From Mobula birostris (taxonomy: Eukaryota): 64,000 bases of DNA. The stretch lies in contig NC_092378.1 of the NCBI RefSeq assembly GCF_030028105.1, forward strand, positions 127,523,731-127,587,730, written 5' to 3'. The notes beneath the pieces are model-generated. The model saw nothing but the letters and a program-made list of their open reading frames with translations, had not been told where the DNA came from and did no database searches. A program made the translations under genes and the position numbers. Shown here piece after piece: positions 48,641 to 61,269 of the stretch (its first letter is position 1; every line of letters starts with the position of its first letter).

Positions 48641-49840
48641 CACACTAGAGATTCTGCAGATGATGGAAATCCAGAGTAACACACACAAAATGCTGGAGAT
48701 ACTCCACAGGTCAGTCAGCATCAATGGAAGAGAATAAAGAGTCGACATCTTGGGCTAAGACCCTTCCGGAAGGGTTCTTGAAGGGAGGGGAAGCAGTAGA
48801 ACCTAGAAGGTGATAGGTGGAGCTGGGCGGGTGGGGGAGGGAGGATGAAGTGAGAAACTGGGAGGTGTTAGGTAGAAAGGGTAAAGGGCTGAATAAGAAT
48901 GAGAGGGAAGGAGGAGGGACACCAGAGGAGATGATTAAGCAGGTGAGGAGAAGATGTAAGAGGGGAGCCGGAATGGAAGAAAAGAGGGCGGGGAGAAATT
49001 GCTGGAAGTTACAGAAATCAATATTCATCCCATCAGGTTGGAGGGCACCAGGATGGAATATGAGTGTGGCCTCAGCAAGTCAGTAGAGGAGGCTATGGAT
49101 TGACATGTCTCAGTGGGGCTGAGGATTGGAATTAAAATGGTTGACCACTGGGAAACCCTACTTGTGGTGGATGGAGAGAGGTGCTTGACAAAGCGGTTCC
49201 ACCCAATCTATAAAGGGTCTCACTGATGTAGAGGAGGTCGCACCAGGTGCACTGGATACAGTAGATGACCCCGACGGACTCACAGATGAAGTATTGCTTC
49301 TTTTGGAAGGACTATTTGGGGCCCTGACAGGGGAAGTGTAACACTTATTCTAGCTGCAGGTAGAAGTGCTAAGAAACAGATTCATGGGGAGAGATCAATA
49401 GAGAAGGGAATCACAGAGAGAGCAATTCCCGCAGAAAGCAAAGGGTGGGAGAGGAGGTAAAGATATGTCTGAGGGTAGTATCCCATTGAAGATGGCAAAG
49501 TTGTGGAGAGTGATGTCCTGGATGCCAAGGCTCATCAGGCGGTAGGTTAGGACAAGAGAGGCTCATCAGGTGGTAGGTTAGGACAAGAGGAACTCCATCC
49601 CTGTTAAGGTGGCTAGAAGATGGGGGAGAATGTCAGGGAAATGAGGGAGATGCAGGTGAGGACAGCATCAATGCTGTAAAGGGAGATCCCATTAATTGAA
49701 GAAGGAGGAACGCCTCATCCTGGGAACAGCTGCAGCACAGACAGAGTCCTGATCATTGGTCTCAGTCTGAAATGGTGATTTTTAAAATTCTTTCCATAGA
49801 TGCTGCCTGACCTGCTGAGTTCCTCCAGCATTTTGTGAGG
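48641..49840 (-). mobile_element. Penelope-like element 3' about 1.1 kb, plus an inverted terminal repeat (about 49745-49840)
   Basis: Reverse-complement collinear with 10740-11908 ([12 protein letters not shown]); internal 31-bp tandem duplication near 49529-49590. Confidence 0.8.
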
Positions 49841-51794
49841 GACAATTAGCTGGAGACTTCCTCAGGGTGGGGTACTACCAGGGATAAATCCTGATCGGAG
49901 ATGGTTATGCAGTGGCTGTCGGGTGTAGAGGGCGTTAGACATGAGGAGAGCCAACACTGAAGAAAGGGTTGAACATCAAAGTGGTGATTTTAAATCCTGA
50001 AAACCAATAAGAGAGAGGACATTGGACAGCAAGAACTAAAAGTCATGCACAATTTCATTTATTGAGGATGAAACACTGACTCTTGATTCTCAGGAGAAAG
50101 AGATGCAGATGAGGATTGTAGAAGCAATGAAAGAAGACAAGTGTGATGCCTAGCAATATTCTAATTTTGACATTAATAGTTTACGTTGTTTGAAGTAAGC
50201 TAAGTTAAGAAAGGAAGAGAGACCTTTATTTATATAGTACCTTTCATCACCATAGAATACTCTAAAGCACTTTGCAGCCAGTAAACTTGGATGTCTTCCA
50301 TCTCATTGCATTTTAGATCTGTATAGAGAGTAGATGAATTCCGGTTCAAATCTCATCCAATAACAGATTTTGAGTTGACACAGTCAGATAGAGAAAGCTT
50401 TTGGTAATCTGTGGCAGGATCTTGAACAAATAGCCATGAAGGACAATGGCGATAATAAAGTTGAGGAGCACAAATGGAAGTTGACCCTCTGATTGTGAAA
50501 GCTTTTGCTGAGAGGCGTTGTACAGATAATTATTGTGGGTGGCCAAGAAAGGAATTATGGACTCCTGTATAAATCTATCAACAACTTCATGGGAGTCTGT
50601 TAATTTAAGAGAACTTTAGAAAGCTAAAAACCATTAAAGAGAGAAGTAGGGGTTTATCTTTCAACTGCAAAACACAGGAAATCCTCTCTCAGTATTATGC
50701 TTGAGCCACCCTCTCTCAAAGTCTGGTGATACTAAAATATACAAAAAAGCATTATTGAAATTATTCCAACTGCATTAACTGTGTACAATCTAAGACTCCC
50801 TTCTGCAAAGGGAAACATATGCACCCTGCTAGGATAATGGTTATTTACTTCATAAGTAGATGATATATAATGTAAATTAGAAGCCACCACTTGTGTTCTC
50901 AGTGTGTGGTTTCATATTAGTTCCCTTTTTTCCTAAAAGAATTGCGCAGGAGGAACAGATCTATTACACATTATCTGAGGCATTTCTGGCTTGCTGAAAT
51001 ATGCCAACTGTACTCACAGTACAGCCAACACATTTTCTTGAAGCAAACACATTTTCTCCTCAATATTTCTACCAAATCTCCATATATTGCAAGAAATTGA
51101 ACAGTGCAGCTTTCATTGAGAAGTTAGCACACATGGGTAAACTGGATCAGTCTCAAAAATAAACTATTTTTAAAAAAATGAATGCTTATTTGTCTGGTTG
51201 AAAACTACAAAGTCATGATGTGAGCCGACAAAAATACAGCAGATTACATGTTGGACATGAAAAGAGCTGCTTTTTCCAGCTGGACCAGACTTCATATCAT
51301 CTGAGATGCACTGTGAGACTTGTGTTTATGTGTAAGTAGAGATTCTGTATTTGAAAATTTAAGGTTTCCTGTGTTTAACTTATTTTCATTTGCATTTCAA
51401 TTGTCTCTGGTGGAGACACTCACAGTGACTGGATCTTGTCACTAAATTTTGGAACACTATTTTCAGCACTTGTCCACCAGTCAATGTTGATCGTGGCCTC
51501 GCAAACTTGATATCACGTGACTCAAAATCAATTCCCTTTATGTCCAGAATTGCAATCATTCTTTGTGTGGACGTTTCATTCTCCATCCTGTTTCCTGATA
51601 TTCCAGGGTTGTGTAGCTCAAACGCTGCGTGGGCACCTTGATTAAGCAGAGGAAAAACCTTTGAAATAACTGTGAAGCTTCTTCTTTGTCACACTGCTTC
51701 TGAAGCGTAGACACACTGCACATTGGCCACAGATATAGTCATAATCGGGATTAGTTTTTGCAGTGTGAGCATTATAAACAATGGGGTATATCTT

Positions 51795-52200
51795 ACGGTA
51801 GCACAGTGGCGTAGCAATTAGCACAGCACTTTACAGTGCCAGTGATTAGGGCTCGTTCCCTGCTGCTGTGAGAGGTTTGTGCGTTCTCCCTGTGAAAGCA
51901 AGGGTTTCCTCCAGCTACTCTTTTTCTGAAAACATACATATTAGGGTTAGTAAGTTACCGGTGTGCTATGTTGGCACCAGAAGCTGCCAGCACGTCCTCA
52001 GACAGTGTTGGTTGTTGACACAAAGCCCTGACGAAGGGTCTCGGCCTGAAACGTTGACTGCACCTCTTCCTAGAGATGCTGCCTGGCCTGCTGCATCCAC
52101 CAGCAACTTTGATGTGGGTTGCTTGAATTTCCAGCATCTGCAGAATTCCTGTTGTTCACTGCATGTTTCAATGTTTCTTGGTACACATCGTTAAAGCTAA
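51795..52200 (+). mobile_element. V-SINE-like element interrupted by a Penelope-like end with an intact hammerhead core (52028-52060)
   Basis: tRNA-like head GTGGCGTAGCAATTAGC; insert CTGACGA-AGGGTCTCGGCCT-GAAAC-GTT-GACTG...TTTCCAGCATCTGCAGA. Confidence 0.7.
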
Positions 52201-52819
52201 TCGTTAAAGTTCATCATTGTCTTAAAATCAGCTGGTTCACATTGATTTGCCTGGTTTAAGTGTTTAATTGGACAGAGGCTTACAATTCATGAGCACATGC
52301 CTGATTTTAGTCTTCTGCTCCTGTTAGCTATCATCCAAGATGGCCTCCTCTTAGAGCGTAACAGGGCACCACAAGCTTCCTCAGATTTCCCAGCTCACAG
52401 ATGCATGAGACCCTCAACACCTACAAGCTGCCTTCTCCAACTATCCTGATTAAAATACATGTTTGTTACTGTTATTGAGCGCTGTTGAGTTGTCGTCAAT
52501 TGATGGCGACCGTATGGATAGTGCAGTTGTCCATAGGGTTTTTGTGGCAAGATACAGAAATAGATTGTCATGCGTGTCTTCCACGCAGATACTACTGCTG
52601 CCCAGGCTGGGCAACGATGTAAGGGCCAATATATATTATTAGCTCTTATTCATTTTTGGGTCTGAATTGTAGAATTTCCAACTCAACTACTCTGAGGGAG
52701 GAACATCACCAGAGTATCCACAGGAGTTCGTCAAGGTAATTCATTGGTACCTTCTCAGGGGTGGTTAGGGAAAATCAACATAATTTTGGCAACACTGCCC
52801 ATATTATGAAAAAAAACAG

Positions 52820-53405
52820 ATATAGAAACATAGAAAGCATACAGCACAATACAGGCCCTTCGGCCCACAAAGCTGTGCTGAACATGTCCCTACCTTAGAA
52901 CTACCTAGGCTTTACCCATAGCCCTTTACTTTTCTAAGATCCATGTACCCATCCGGGAGTCTCTTAAAAGACCCTATCATTTCCGCCTCCACCACCGTCG
53001 CCGGCAGCCCATTCCACACACTCACCACTCTCTGCGTAAAAAAACTTACCCCTGACATCTCCTCTGTACTTACTTCCAAGCACCTTAAAACTATGTCCTC
53101 TCTTGCTAGCCATTTCAGCCCTGGGAAAAAGCCTCTGACTATCCACACGATCAATGTGTCTCATTATCTTGTACACCTCTATCAAGTCACCTCTCATCCT
53201 CCGTCACTCCAAGGAGAAAAGGCCGAGTTCACTCAACCTATTCTCATAAGGCATGCTCCCCAATCCAGACAACATCCTTGTAAATCTCCTCTGCACCCTT
53301 TCTATGGTTTCCACGTCCTTCCTATAGTGAGGCGACCAGAATTGAGCACAGTGCTCCAAGTGGGGTCTGACCAGGGTCCTATATAGCTGCAACATTACCT
53401 CTCGG
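52820..53405 (-). mobile_element. CR1 LINE 3' end
   Basis: MLQLYRTLVRPHLEHCAQFWSPHYRKD...RGDLIEVYKIMR...FFTQRVVSVWNGLP; ATAGAAAC tail. Confidence 0.92.
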
Positions 53406-53594
53406 GTAATGTTTTAACAAATCTGCCAGATAATTCTGTGCTGGTTAACCTTTCGTGAGTATAGTGGACTATTGAAATAAACAGGAAGGAACCGCTGCTG
53501 TGATAATGGTGGATAGACCTATTTTGATCAAGAGACTGCAAAGATGCTGGAATTCAGAACAGCAAACAAGGTGCTGGAAAAACTCGACAGGTCA

Positions 53595-54299
53595 ATAGAC
53601 AATAGACAATAGACAATAGGTGAAGGAGTAGGCCATTCAGCCCTTCGAGCCAGCACTGCCATTCACTGTGATCATGGCTGATCATCCACTATCAGTATCC
53701 AGTTCCTGCCTTATCCCCATAACCTTTGATTCCACTATCTTTGAGAGCGCTATCCATCTCTTTTTTGAAAGCATCCAGAGACTTGGCCTCCACAGCCTTC
53801 TGGGGCAGAGCATTCCATACATCCAGCACTCTCTGGGTGAAAAAGTTTTTCTTCAACTCCGTTCTAAATGGCCTATCCCTAATTCTTAAACTGTGGCCTC
53901 TGGTTCTGGACTCACCCATCAGCGGGAACATGCTTCCTGCCTGCAGCGTGTCCAATCCCTTAATAATCTTATATGTTTCAATAAGATCCCCTCTCAGACT
54001 TCTAAATTCCAGAGTATACAAGCCCAGTCACTCCAATCTTTCGACATATGACAGTCCCGCCATCCCGGGAATTAACCTTATGAACCTTCGCTGCACTCCC
54101 TCAATAGCAAGAATGTCCTTCCTCAAAATTGAAGACCAAAACTGCACACAGTTCTCCAGGAGTGATCTCACCAGGGCCCTGTACAGCTGCAGAAGGACCT
54201 CTTTGCTCTTATACTCAATTCCCCTTGTTATGAAGGCCAGCATGCCATTAGCTTTCTTCACTGCCTGCTGTACTTGCACACTTGCTTTCAGTGACTGAT
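53595..54299 (-). mobile_element. CR1 LINE 3' end inserted into a Penelope-like terminal repeat (about 53530-54660)
   Basis: KKANGMLAFITRG...RGDLIETYKIIKG...FFTQRVLDVWNALP; (CAATAGA)n tail; GTCA at both junctions (53591-53594 and 54300-54303). Confidence 0.9.
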
Positions 54300-56574
54300 G
54301 TCAGGCAGCATCTGTGGAGAAAAATGACCATTTGACATACTGGTGAAGATTCTTCTTCCAGACTGAAGGATAAATGGAGGTAGCCCGAATCAAAGGTGAA
54401 GGGAAGGGGTGGAGCAAGAGCAAGCGGGTAATAGGTGGATCCAGATGAGGAGAAGTGATAGGCATATGGAGAAGGAAATGAAGCTGAATCTGAAAAATGT
54501 TTCAGGTCTTGAGATCCTTCATCAGAACATAGACTCTTTACTTTGACAATGGGTCTCAACTTGAAGCTTTAATTTTGTTTCTCTTTTTACAGATATTGCC
54601 TGACCTGCTGAGTGCTTCCAACACTTGCTGTTTTTATTTCAGATTTCCTGCTCTTACATGTTCTTTCTAATGTCCCCATAATAATGAAATGTTTATTTTG
54701 GAATTGTATTCATAAATCTCAAATAAATATGCATTGGAATTCACCAATGAACATATTTATAAAGTTAATTGTGAAAATTAACGAGGTCTGCTTAGAAGAG
54801 AAGCTATAAAAACTGAGATAAGTAATCAGACGAGGAGGAAATAAAGATTGTGCAGAGGAAAATGGTGATAGGTATGAGGAAGCAATCAGCCAACAAAAAG
54901 CTATTGAAAAATTATTGAGGATAACCACAAAGTAAAACAAAAAAATAAACATTTGAAAAATATAATCCTCATAGCAGGGAATATTAATCAAATGATACAG
55001 CTGCAGATTAAATACATTTGAATCTTCACAAGTATAACATTTCTTATTTTAATCATTGTGGTCATTGTGCCTCATCTGTGAAAGTTGTGCTGCATTTCAT
55101 TCGACATCTCATTGTTGTTTTAAAGGAGTATGCTAAACAGGAAAGATTTATTGTAACCATATGCCACAATTGTTTTTTTTAATGCTGAATATTCTCCCAG
55201 TTCAACTTCATCAGTTAAGTGCAGTATATTTTACCAGCCCCGTTAGCATGCATGTGTGTTTGCTGCCTAATATCAAATTAAACAATGCAGTGGCTCCATA
55301 ACTCCTAAACAGAAACCTTTGCCTTGCAAATTGCTGCTAGAAAGTGCCTTGATAGATTATAAATTAGTTTTATTTCTATTAACATGCATGAATGGTGCAT
55401 TTCTTTCACAGAGAGAGCTGCATTTTTCTGCATTTAGTTTCCAAAAACCAATGGGCCAGATTGTGTTTAGATTTATCTGGTGCTCTGTAAAGAATCACAA
55501 GCTATATTGCCCCTGACTTCACTCACAGTGCAAAAAATGCACTATTTGGAAACAAATTGGAAGTCAGATGCCAGCGCAGCTGCAGTAAAGTGAGAAACCA
55601 GATGTGAAGTGCTTTAGGTAAGTAATTAGCATTTAGTGAAGCATTTACATAAATAATCACGCTTCACTTATTTTACTTAATTCTAGTTAATGTCCAGAAC
55701 TTGAAGTTGTTCTCATTCTTTTTTTTTAGCTTTTAATACTTTTTCCTTTCTAAACTATTTTTGTCTATACGAATGGTTTATATGAAAGGATGCTCTGACT
55801 GTCAGTGGTCTTTAAAAGCAGTTCAATGACCTATGACAAGCAATATGGTGGGTGGGGCGAAGGGAATGAAGAAGATACCTCCTGAATCCTTGTTTTCTCT
55901 CACAGCCTTCTCCACTTTGAGGGATGGTTCTCAGGCATGGAGGGTTACGCTTGGCCTGGTCCTCTCTGTCCATAAAAAGGAAGTAGGGGCAGGCAGGCAC
56001 CAAGGGCAGTGAATTCAGGCAGCAGGCCGCATCCAAGATGATCAGGCTATTGTAAGTACAACTTAACAATCTATAAAATCAGCCACTGTGACAAAAATTA
56101 CCAACTTTAGCTTGCCACTTAAACTAAAATGGATGATCCTTGAAAATTCAGACATCTGTTTCCTGTTGGTTGCCAAACCATAGACTGTGACAGTAACTGG
56201 GATTGTGAGATGGTGCCAGGACTTCAGTTCTTTTGAAATAGATATGTGGAGTCTCTGACCATTGATCTGTCAATGTCTAAGGGGTCAGTCTGGGGCCTTT
56301 AGTTAGAATTGCTGGCAGATAACACAAATTGTGATTTAATTAATTTGGAATGAGTATTCATTAATATTAAATGAAAACATATTTTCTTAGATGGCCCAAA
56401 ATGCTTGACAACAAATTTGTGACTCTCACTGGGATACGTTCTCTAACCTGCATGACCATGCCTTAGTAATGTAATGCAATAACTAATGATCTGGAATTAA
56501 ATTGCTGTGAATTAAATTGAAAGCACAGCAGCACCTCTAATTTCTTAGGAGTGTGTGGAGATTCAGCATTACAT

Positions 56575-57200
56575 CTAAAACTTCAACAAACTTCTATAGA
56601 TGTGTCTTGGAGGGTGTACTGACTGGCTGCATCACAACCTGATATGGAAATACGAACACTCTCGAACGGAAAACCCTACAAAAGGTATGGACGTGGCGCA
56701 GTCCACCACGGATAAAACCACTGAGCACATCTACTTGAAACGCTATTACAGGACAGCAGCATCCATTATCAGGGATCCTCGCCACCCAGGACATGTTCTC
56801 TTTATGCTGCTTTATCAGGGAAAAAGTACAAGAGCCTCAGGACTCACACCAACAGGTTCAGGAGCAGTTACTACCCATCAGTCATCAGACTCCTGAACCA
56901 AAGGGGATACTTCATTTGTCCCACCATTGAAATGTTCCCACAACCAACGGACTCACTTTCAAGGATTCTTCATCTCATGTTCTTGACATTTATTACTTAT
57001 TTATTATTATTGTTTCTTTTTCATTTTGTTTGTTGTCTTCTGCATGCTGGTTGAACACCCTACTTGGGTGGTCTTTCATTGATTCTGTTATAGTTAATGT
57101 TCTATAGATTTGTTAAGTAGGGCCACAAGAAAATGAATCTCAGGGTTGTACATGATGACATATATATGTTCTTTGATAATAAAAGTTACTTTGAACTTTG
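56575..57200 (+). mobile_element. Rex1/Babar-type LINE 3' fragment
   Basis: AASIIRDPRHPGHVLFML; tail AATAAAAAGTTACTTTGAACTTTG. Confidence 0.8.
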
Positions 57201-57539
57201 ATTATCAGTGCCAGTTTGAAAAGTCTTGATTAAGGTACATTGCTGATGTTGGTAAAACAGAATTATTCTCCGCTAGAAATTCTTGAACTCATTAAATTAC
57301 CATTATAAATCAGAATCTTATCTACATTGTGTGGGGCCTAGAAAAAATGACCTGGTACCACAACATTGTGGGCTGAAGGGCCTGCAATGTGCTGTAGGTT
57401 TCTATGTTCTATGTTCTACCTATGCACAATGTACAACGGTTGCATATTATGCATGCAAATTTTCATTTATAGATTAGATTTATGCAAAATATTTCAGGTG
57501 TTGCCTCAGCAGGGTACTATATAATTTCAATATTTACAC

Positions 57540-58090
57540 TTGCAACATTCAGTGGCATTAACACTGCCAAGCTCCCCTCCATTAATATTCTGGGAGTCGC
57601 TATGAAGCAGAAACTCAACTTCACCATCCACATAAATTCTGTTGTCATGAGAGGAAGGGTATCCCTTAGAGCATGATTCACCTCATGACACCCAAACCTT
57701 TTCCATTGTCTATAAGGAAACAAGGCAGGTATATGTTGGAATACCATCAGTTGTCTGAGTGAATGCAGCACCAACATCTCTTGAGAAACTCCAGAAAATA
57801 GCAGTCTACTTGCTCGGCACCCCATTAATAGCCCTAAATATTCAGTTTTTCATGACTGGTATGCACTGACTGCAAAGTACGTCATCTGTAATATACACTG
57901 CAGGCATTTGGCCACAGCATCTGCCAAACCCAGTAGATCTACCATCAGGAAAGGCAAGAAGGACAGAAACGTGAGAACACTACAAGCTGCAGGCTTTTCT
58001 CTATGTTGCACAACATCCTGACTTGGAAATAGTTCACAGGCCTTCAGTTATCGGTGGTTCTAAATCATGGCATTCTCTACCCAGCAGCAA
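57540..58090 (+). mobile_element. old CR1/L2-group LINE 3' remnant
   Basis: INILGV...QKLNFTIHINSV and TPKPF..YK remnants; heavily decayed. Confidence 0.45.
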
Positions 58091-58607
58091 TGTGAGATTT
58101 AGCATGCAGAGTATTTGCCCGAGGATTGTCAATGTGATTTTGCTGATTTTGTAAGTAGGAATTTCTGGAAGAAATTAATCTGTTTTAACAGATAAATAAA
58201 AGGAAAGTATGCTTTTCAATAGTTCAAAAACGCAGTAGTATCCAATTGCTCAGAAATACAATTGTTTTGGTTGCTGCCTTACCGGGTGTGGGTTCTTGCA
58301 TTCTATTCACTCACCTGGACCTTGGATCCGATGCTGCCTTTAAGACACCAAAGTCCCAGTCGCTGTACCCCCTTTAAACTCATCAAGATCTTCTTTCTCT
58401 CATTCCCTTTAATCAAGCAAATCTCGAGGTTGTATAGTTTATGCATTCTTTGATGATAAATGAATCTTGAATTTTGCTAAAAATTGTGAATTAAAAGTAT
58501 CTTGGTGTATAGATGTTTGAATAACAGTTAATAATCTTGAAAATCTGCCTGTCCAGCACCACCAAGGCCCTGAGCAAGCCAGATTAATAGGTTTTATGGT
58601 ATATAGC

Positions 58608-58888
58608 TTGTGGCGCATGGCCAAGTGCTTAGAGCGTTGGACTAGCAATCTGAAGGTCGTGGGTTTGAGCCTCGGCCGTGGCAGCATGTGTGTCCTTGAG
58701 CAAGGCACTTAACCACACAGTGCTCCAGTCTACCCAGCTGAGAATGGGGGGTTAACCTCACGATAGACTGGCGTCCTATCCGGGGGCGGGGGGGGGGTGA
58801 GTCTCGTATCCTCAGTCGCTTCATGCCACGGAAACCGGCATGAGCTCTGGCCTGATGGGCCACAAGGCTCGTGACAGACCTTAGTAGT
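58608..58888 (+). mobile_element. tRNA-derived SINE (shared head/core, tail type 3)
   Basis: TGGCCAAGTG A box, GGTTTGAGCC B box and shared core; distinct body and tail GCTTCATGCCACGGAAACCGG...GGCCTGATGGGCCAC...GCTCG. Confidence 0.8.
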
Positions 58889-59461
58889 ACATAGCACATT
58901 CATGTGCCCAGGACATGCAGGATGCTTTGTAACCAACCAATATATTTTTATGTGTAGTCACCATAGTAATACAGGAAACTAATTTTCCCTAATAACAGGA
59001 ACACAATAATTTCCAGATTGCTTGTTTTTAGCAATGTTGATTAAGGCACAATTATTGTGCAGGATACAAGGGTAACTCATTTGTACTTTCTTATATCACC
59101 ATGAGATCTTCTGTATACTTAAAAGAACAGTTGAAATGTCTACTTAATATCTCATTCAAAGAACATTTCTCCCACAATACACTAATAGAGGGTTAATGTT
59201 ATTTACTCTTTATTGTATTCAATCAAGTATTTATTTGTGCTACCATTCTCTTCTAGTGAATTTAGTCTAACCATTCAGATATTTTTTAAATGTACGTGAC
59301 TCTGAAGGTCATGGAAAGCAGTCAAATCTCAGATCAGATGATGAAGTACTTACCGTTAAATGCTGCACTGTGATTATGTCGACATGTGTGATAATGGGAT
59401 TATCCACCACCTCCCTGCTCAAACTTTGGGCTCTAGGCTCTGTGCAAATACCTGCAAATAC

Positions 59462-59705
59462 TGTTTTGTTTCATAACTTCAGAACATAAAACTAGTTGAA
59501 AGAAAAACATGGGAATAATGTGTGTTCTCTAGTTTTGTTTTTACTTTAGTGAGGCGCACACATATAACGTGGTGACGTAATGATATATGCCATTCACATA
59601 CTTGTATATATAACCTGTAATGTATTATGCAAACAACAAAGAAGACTTAATCAAATGATACATTTATAATATTACTCAAATATTACTGAAATATTAAGTA
59701 ATGCA
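59462..59705 (-). repeat. Gypsy 3' LTR
   Basis: TG...CA ends; shares AACATAAAACTA, TGACGTAATGA and ACAACAAAGAA.CTTAATCAAA with 63609-63836. Confidence 0.8.
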
Positions 59706-61269
59706 TATATACAAAATACTATATAATGCAACTACAATACAACCATCCACAGCATAGTAAATTTAAAATTGTCCCATTCAGACCGAAAGATTTAATCTCT
59801 GTGGACAATTTCTTACTCTGTAGGATAACGTTGTTCCTGACTGGGGAAGGGGAGTGGCAGGGGGTCACTCTGGTTGACAGGTGAGACTGTGGTTGTTGAA
59901 CAATCTCAGGTTCTGGTGCCTCCTCCGTGGTGGCTGTAGGAGTTGACTCTGTGACAGCAGGAGGGAGTTCCGACAGCTCTGGACATCTCTCTTCTCTAAT
60001 AATTGACTCTGCTCTCCTGAACTGACTGATGTGTTCCCTCCAGATGATATCAGATGCAGTCTGAAAGGAGAGCCTCCAGTTCCATCCTTAATCTTTACAA
60101 GTACCCACTTTTCATTACTGTTGCAGTCCCTTGCCAGGACTGCTTGGTCAGGAGTGGAACATCAAACCTCCTTGTTTGAGGAGCCCTCAATTTGTCTCAG
60201 CTGTCTGTCCTGCAAACTCCGTCTGAGGCCTGGTTTGACCAGATTCAAGCATGAGCGTAATGAATGACCCAGGAAGAGCATAGCTGAAGAATTGTTGGTT
60301 GTGGAATGTGCTGCATTGTGATATGCAAGGTGGAAATTGGTGATCTTCTGATTCAATGCCAGTATAGTGCATTCTGCTAACATTGCTCGCAGTGTGTACT
60401 CTTTACTCGGGACAAACCTTTCCCACCAAGCCACTTGTAGCTGGGTGGTACAGTGCAGATGTAATATGTCTTATTCCATTCATTTTCAGGAATGACTGAA
60501 ACAGTTCCCTAACAAACTGTGGTCCATTGTCACTGACTAGAAGTTCTGGAACACCAGCTCTTGAGAAGAGGTTTCTCAACACATCAACAGCGTGCGAGAC
60601 TGCAGTGGAGGCTATTGGGAACACTTCTGGCTACTTTGTAGCTGCATCCACTATTACTAAGAAAGTTGTGCCCATGAATAGTCCAATAAAATCCGCATGA
60701 ATCCTCTGCCAGGGTAATGCAAGACTTTCCCAGGGATGGAGAGGCGCTGCTATTGTTATCATTGGGACGTGTTAGTATCCCAGACAATGCATGGCAAGCT
60801 GCTCGGTCTGCCGATCGACCCCAGACTTTTTATTTTGAACAGACCTAGATGATTGGCATGTTGCTCCTCCAACACTGTAGCTCTCATCTTGTGTGGTACA
60901 ACAACTCTCAATCCCCACATAAGGCAACCTCCATCTAGGGCAAGTTCACTGGTAAAAATGAGGGGACTGGAATTTCTGCTGCATACTTCAGCCATTTTGG
61001 GTTGCCATGTAGACCTGAAACAGTGTGGCATCTTTTCTGGTTTCCCTTTGGATCATCTCTGCTGTAATAGGGAAACATTTGATCTGCATTACGGAGAATA
61101 CTCCAAGGTAAGTGCCCTCTTTTATAAATTTTTCAGTTACTTTCTCTTCCAAGAGTAAATGAATTTGATCTTGCTATTGTGTCCTCCAAGAAATAGAGCC
61201 CATCTCTAATTCATGCTGCTGTTGTTAGAGGAACACCATAATGTGAATGGAAAATGGACACCAGTGCTT

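Noticed and set aside
53726-54298. 190-aa plus-strand ORF (also 52943-53386)
   Set aside because: Antisense reading of CR1 ORF2
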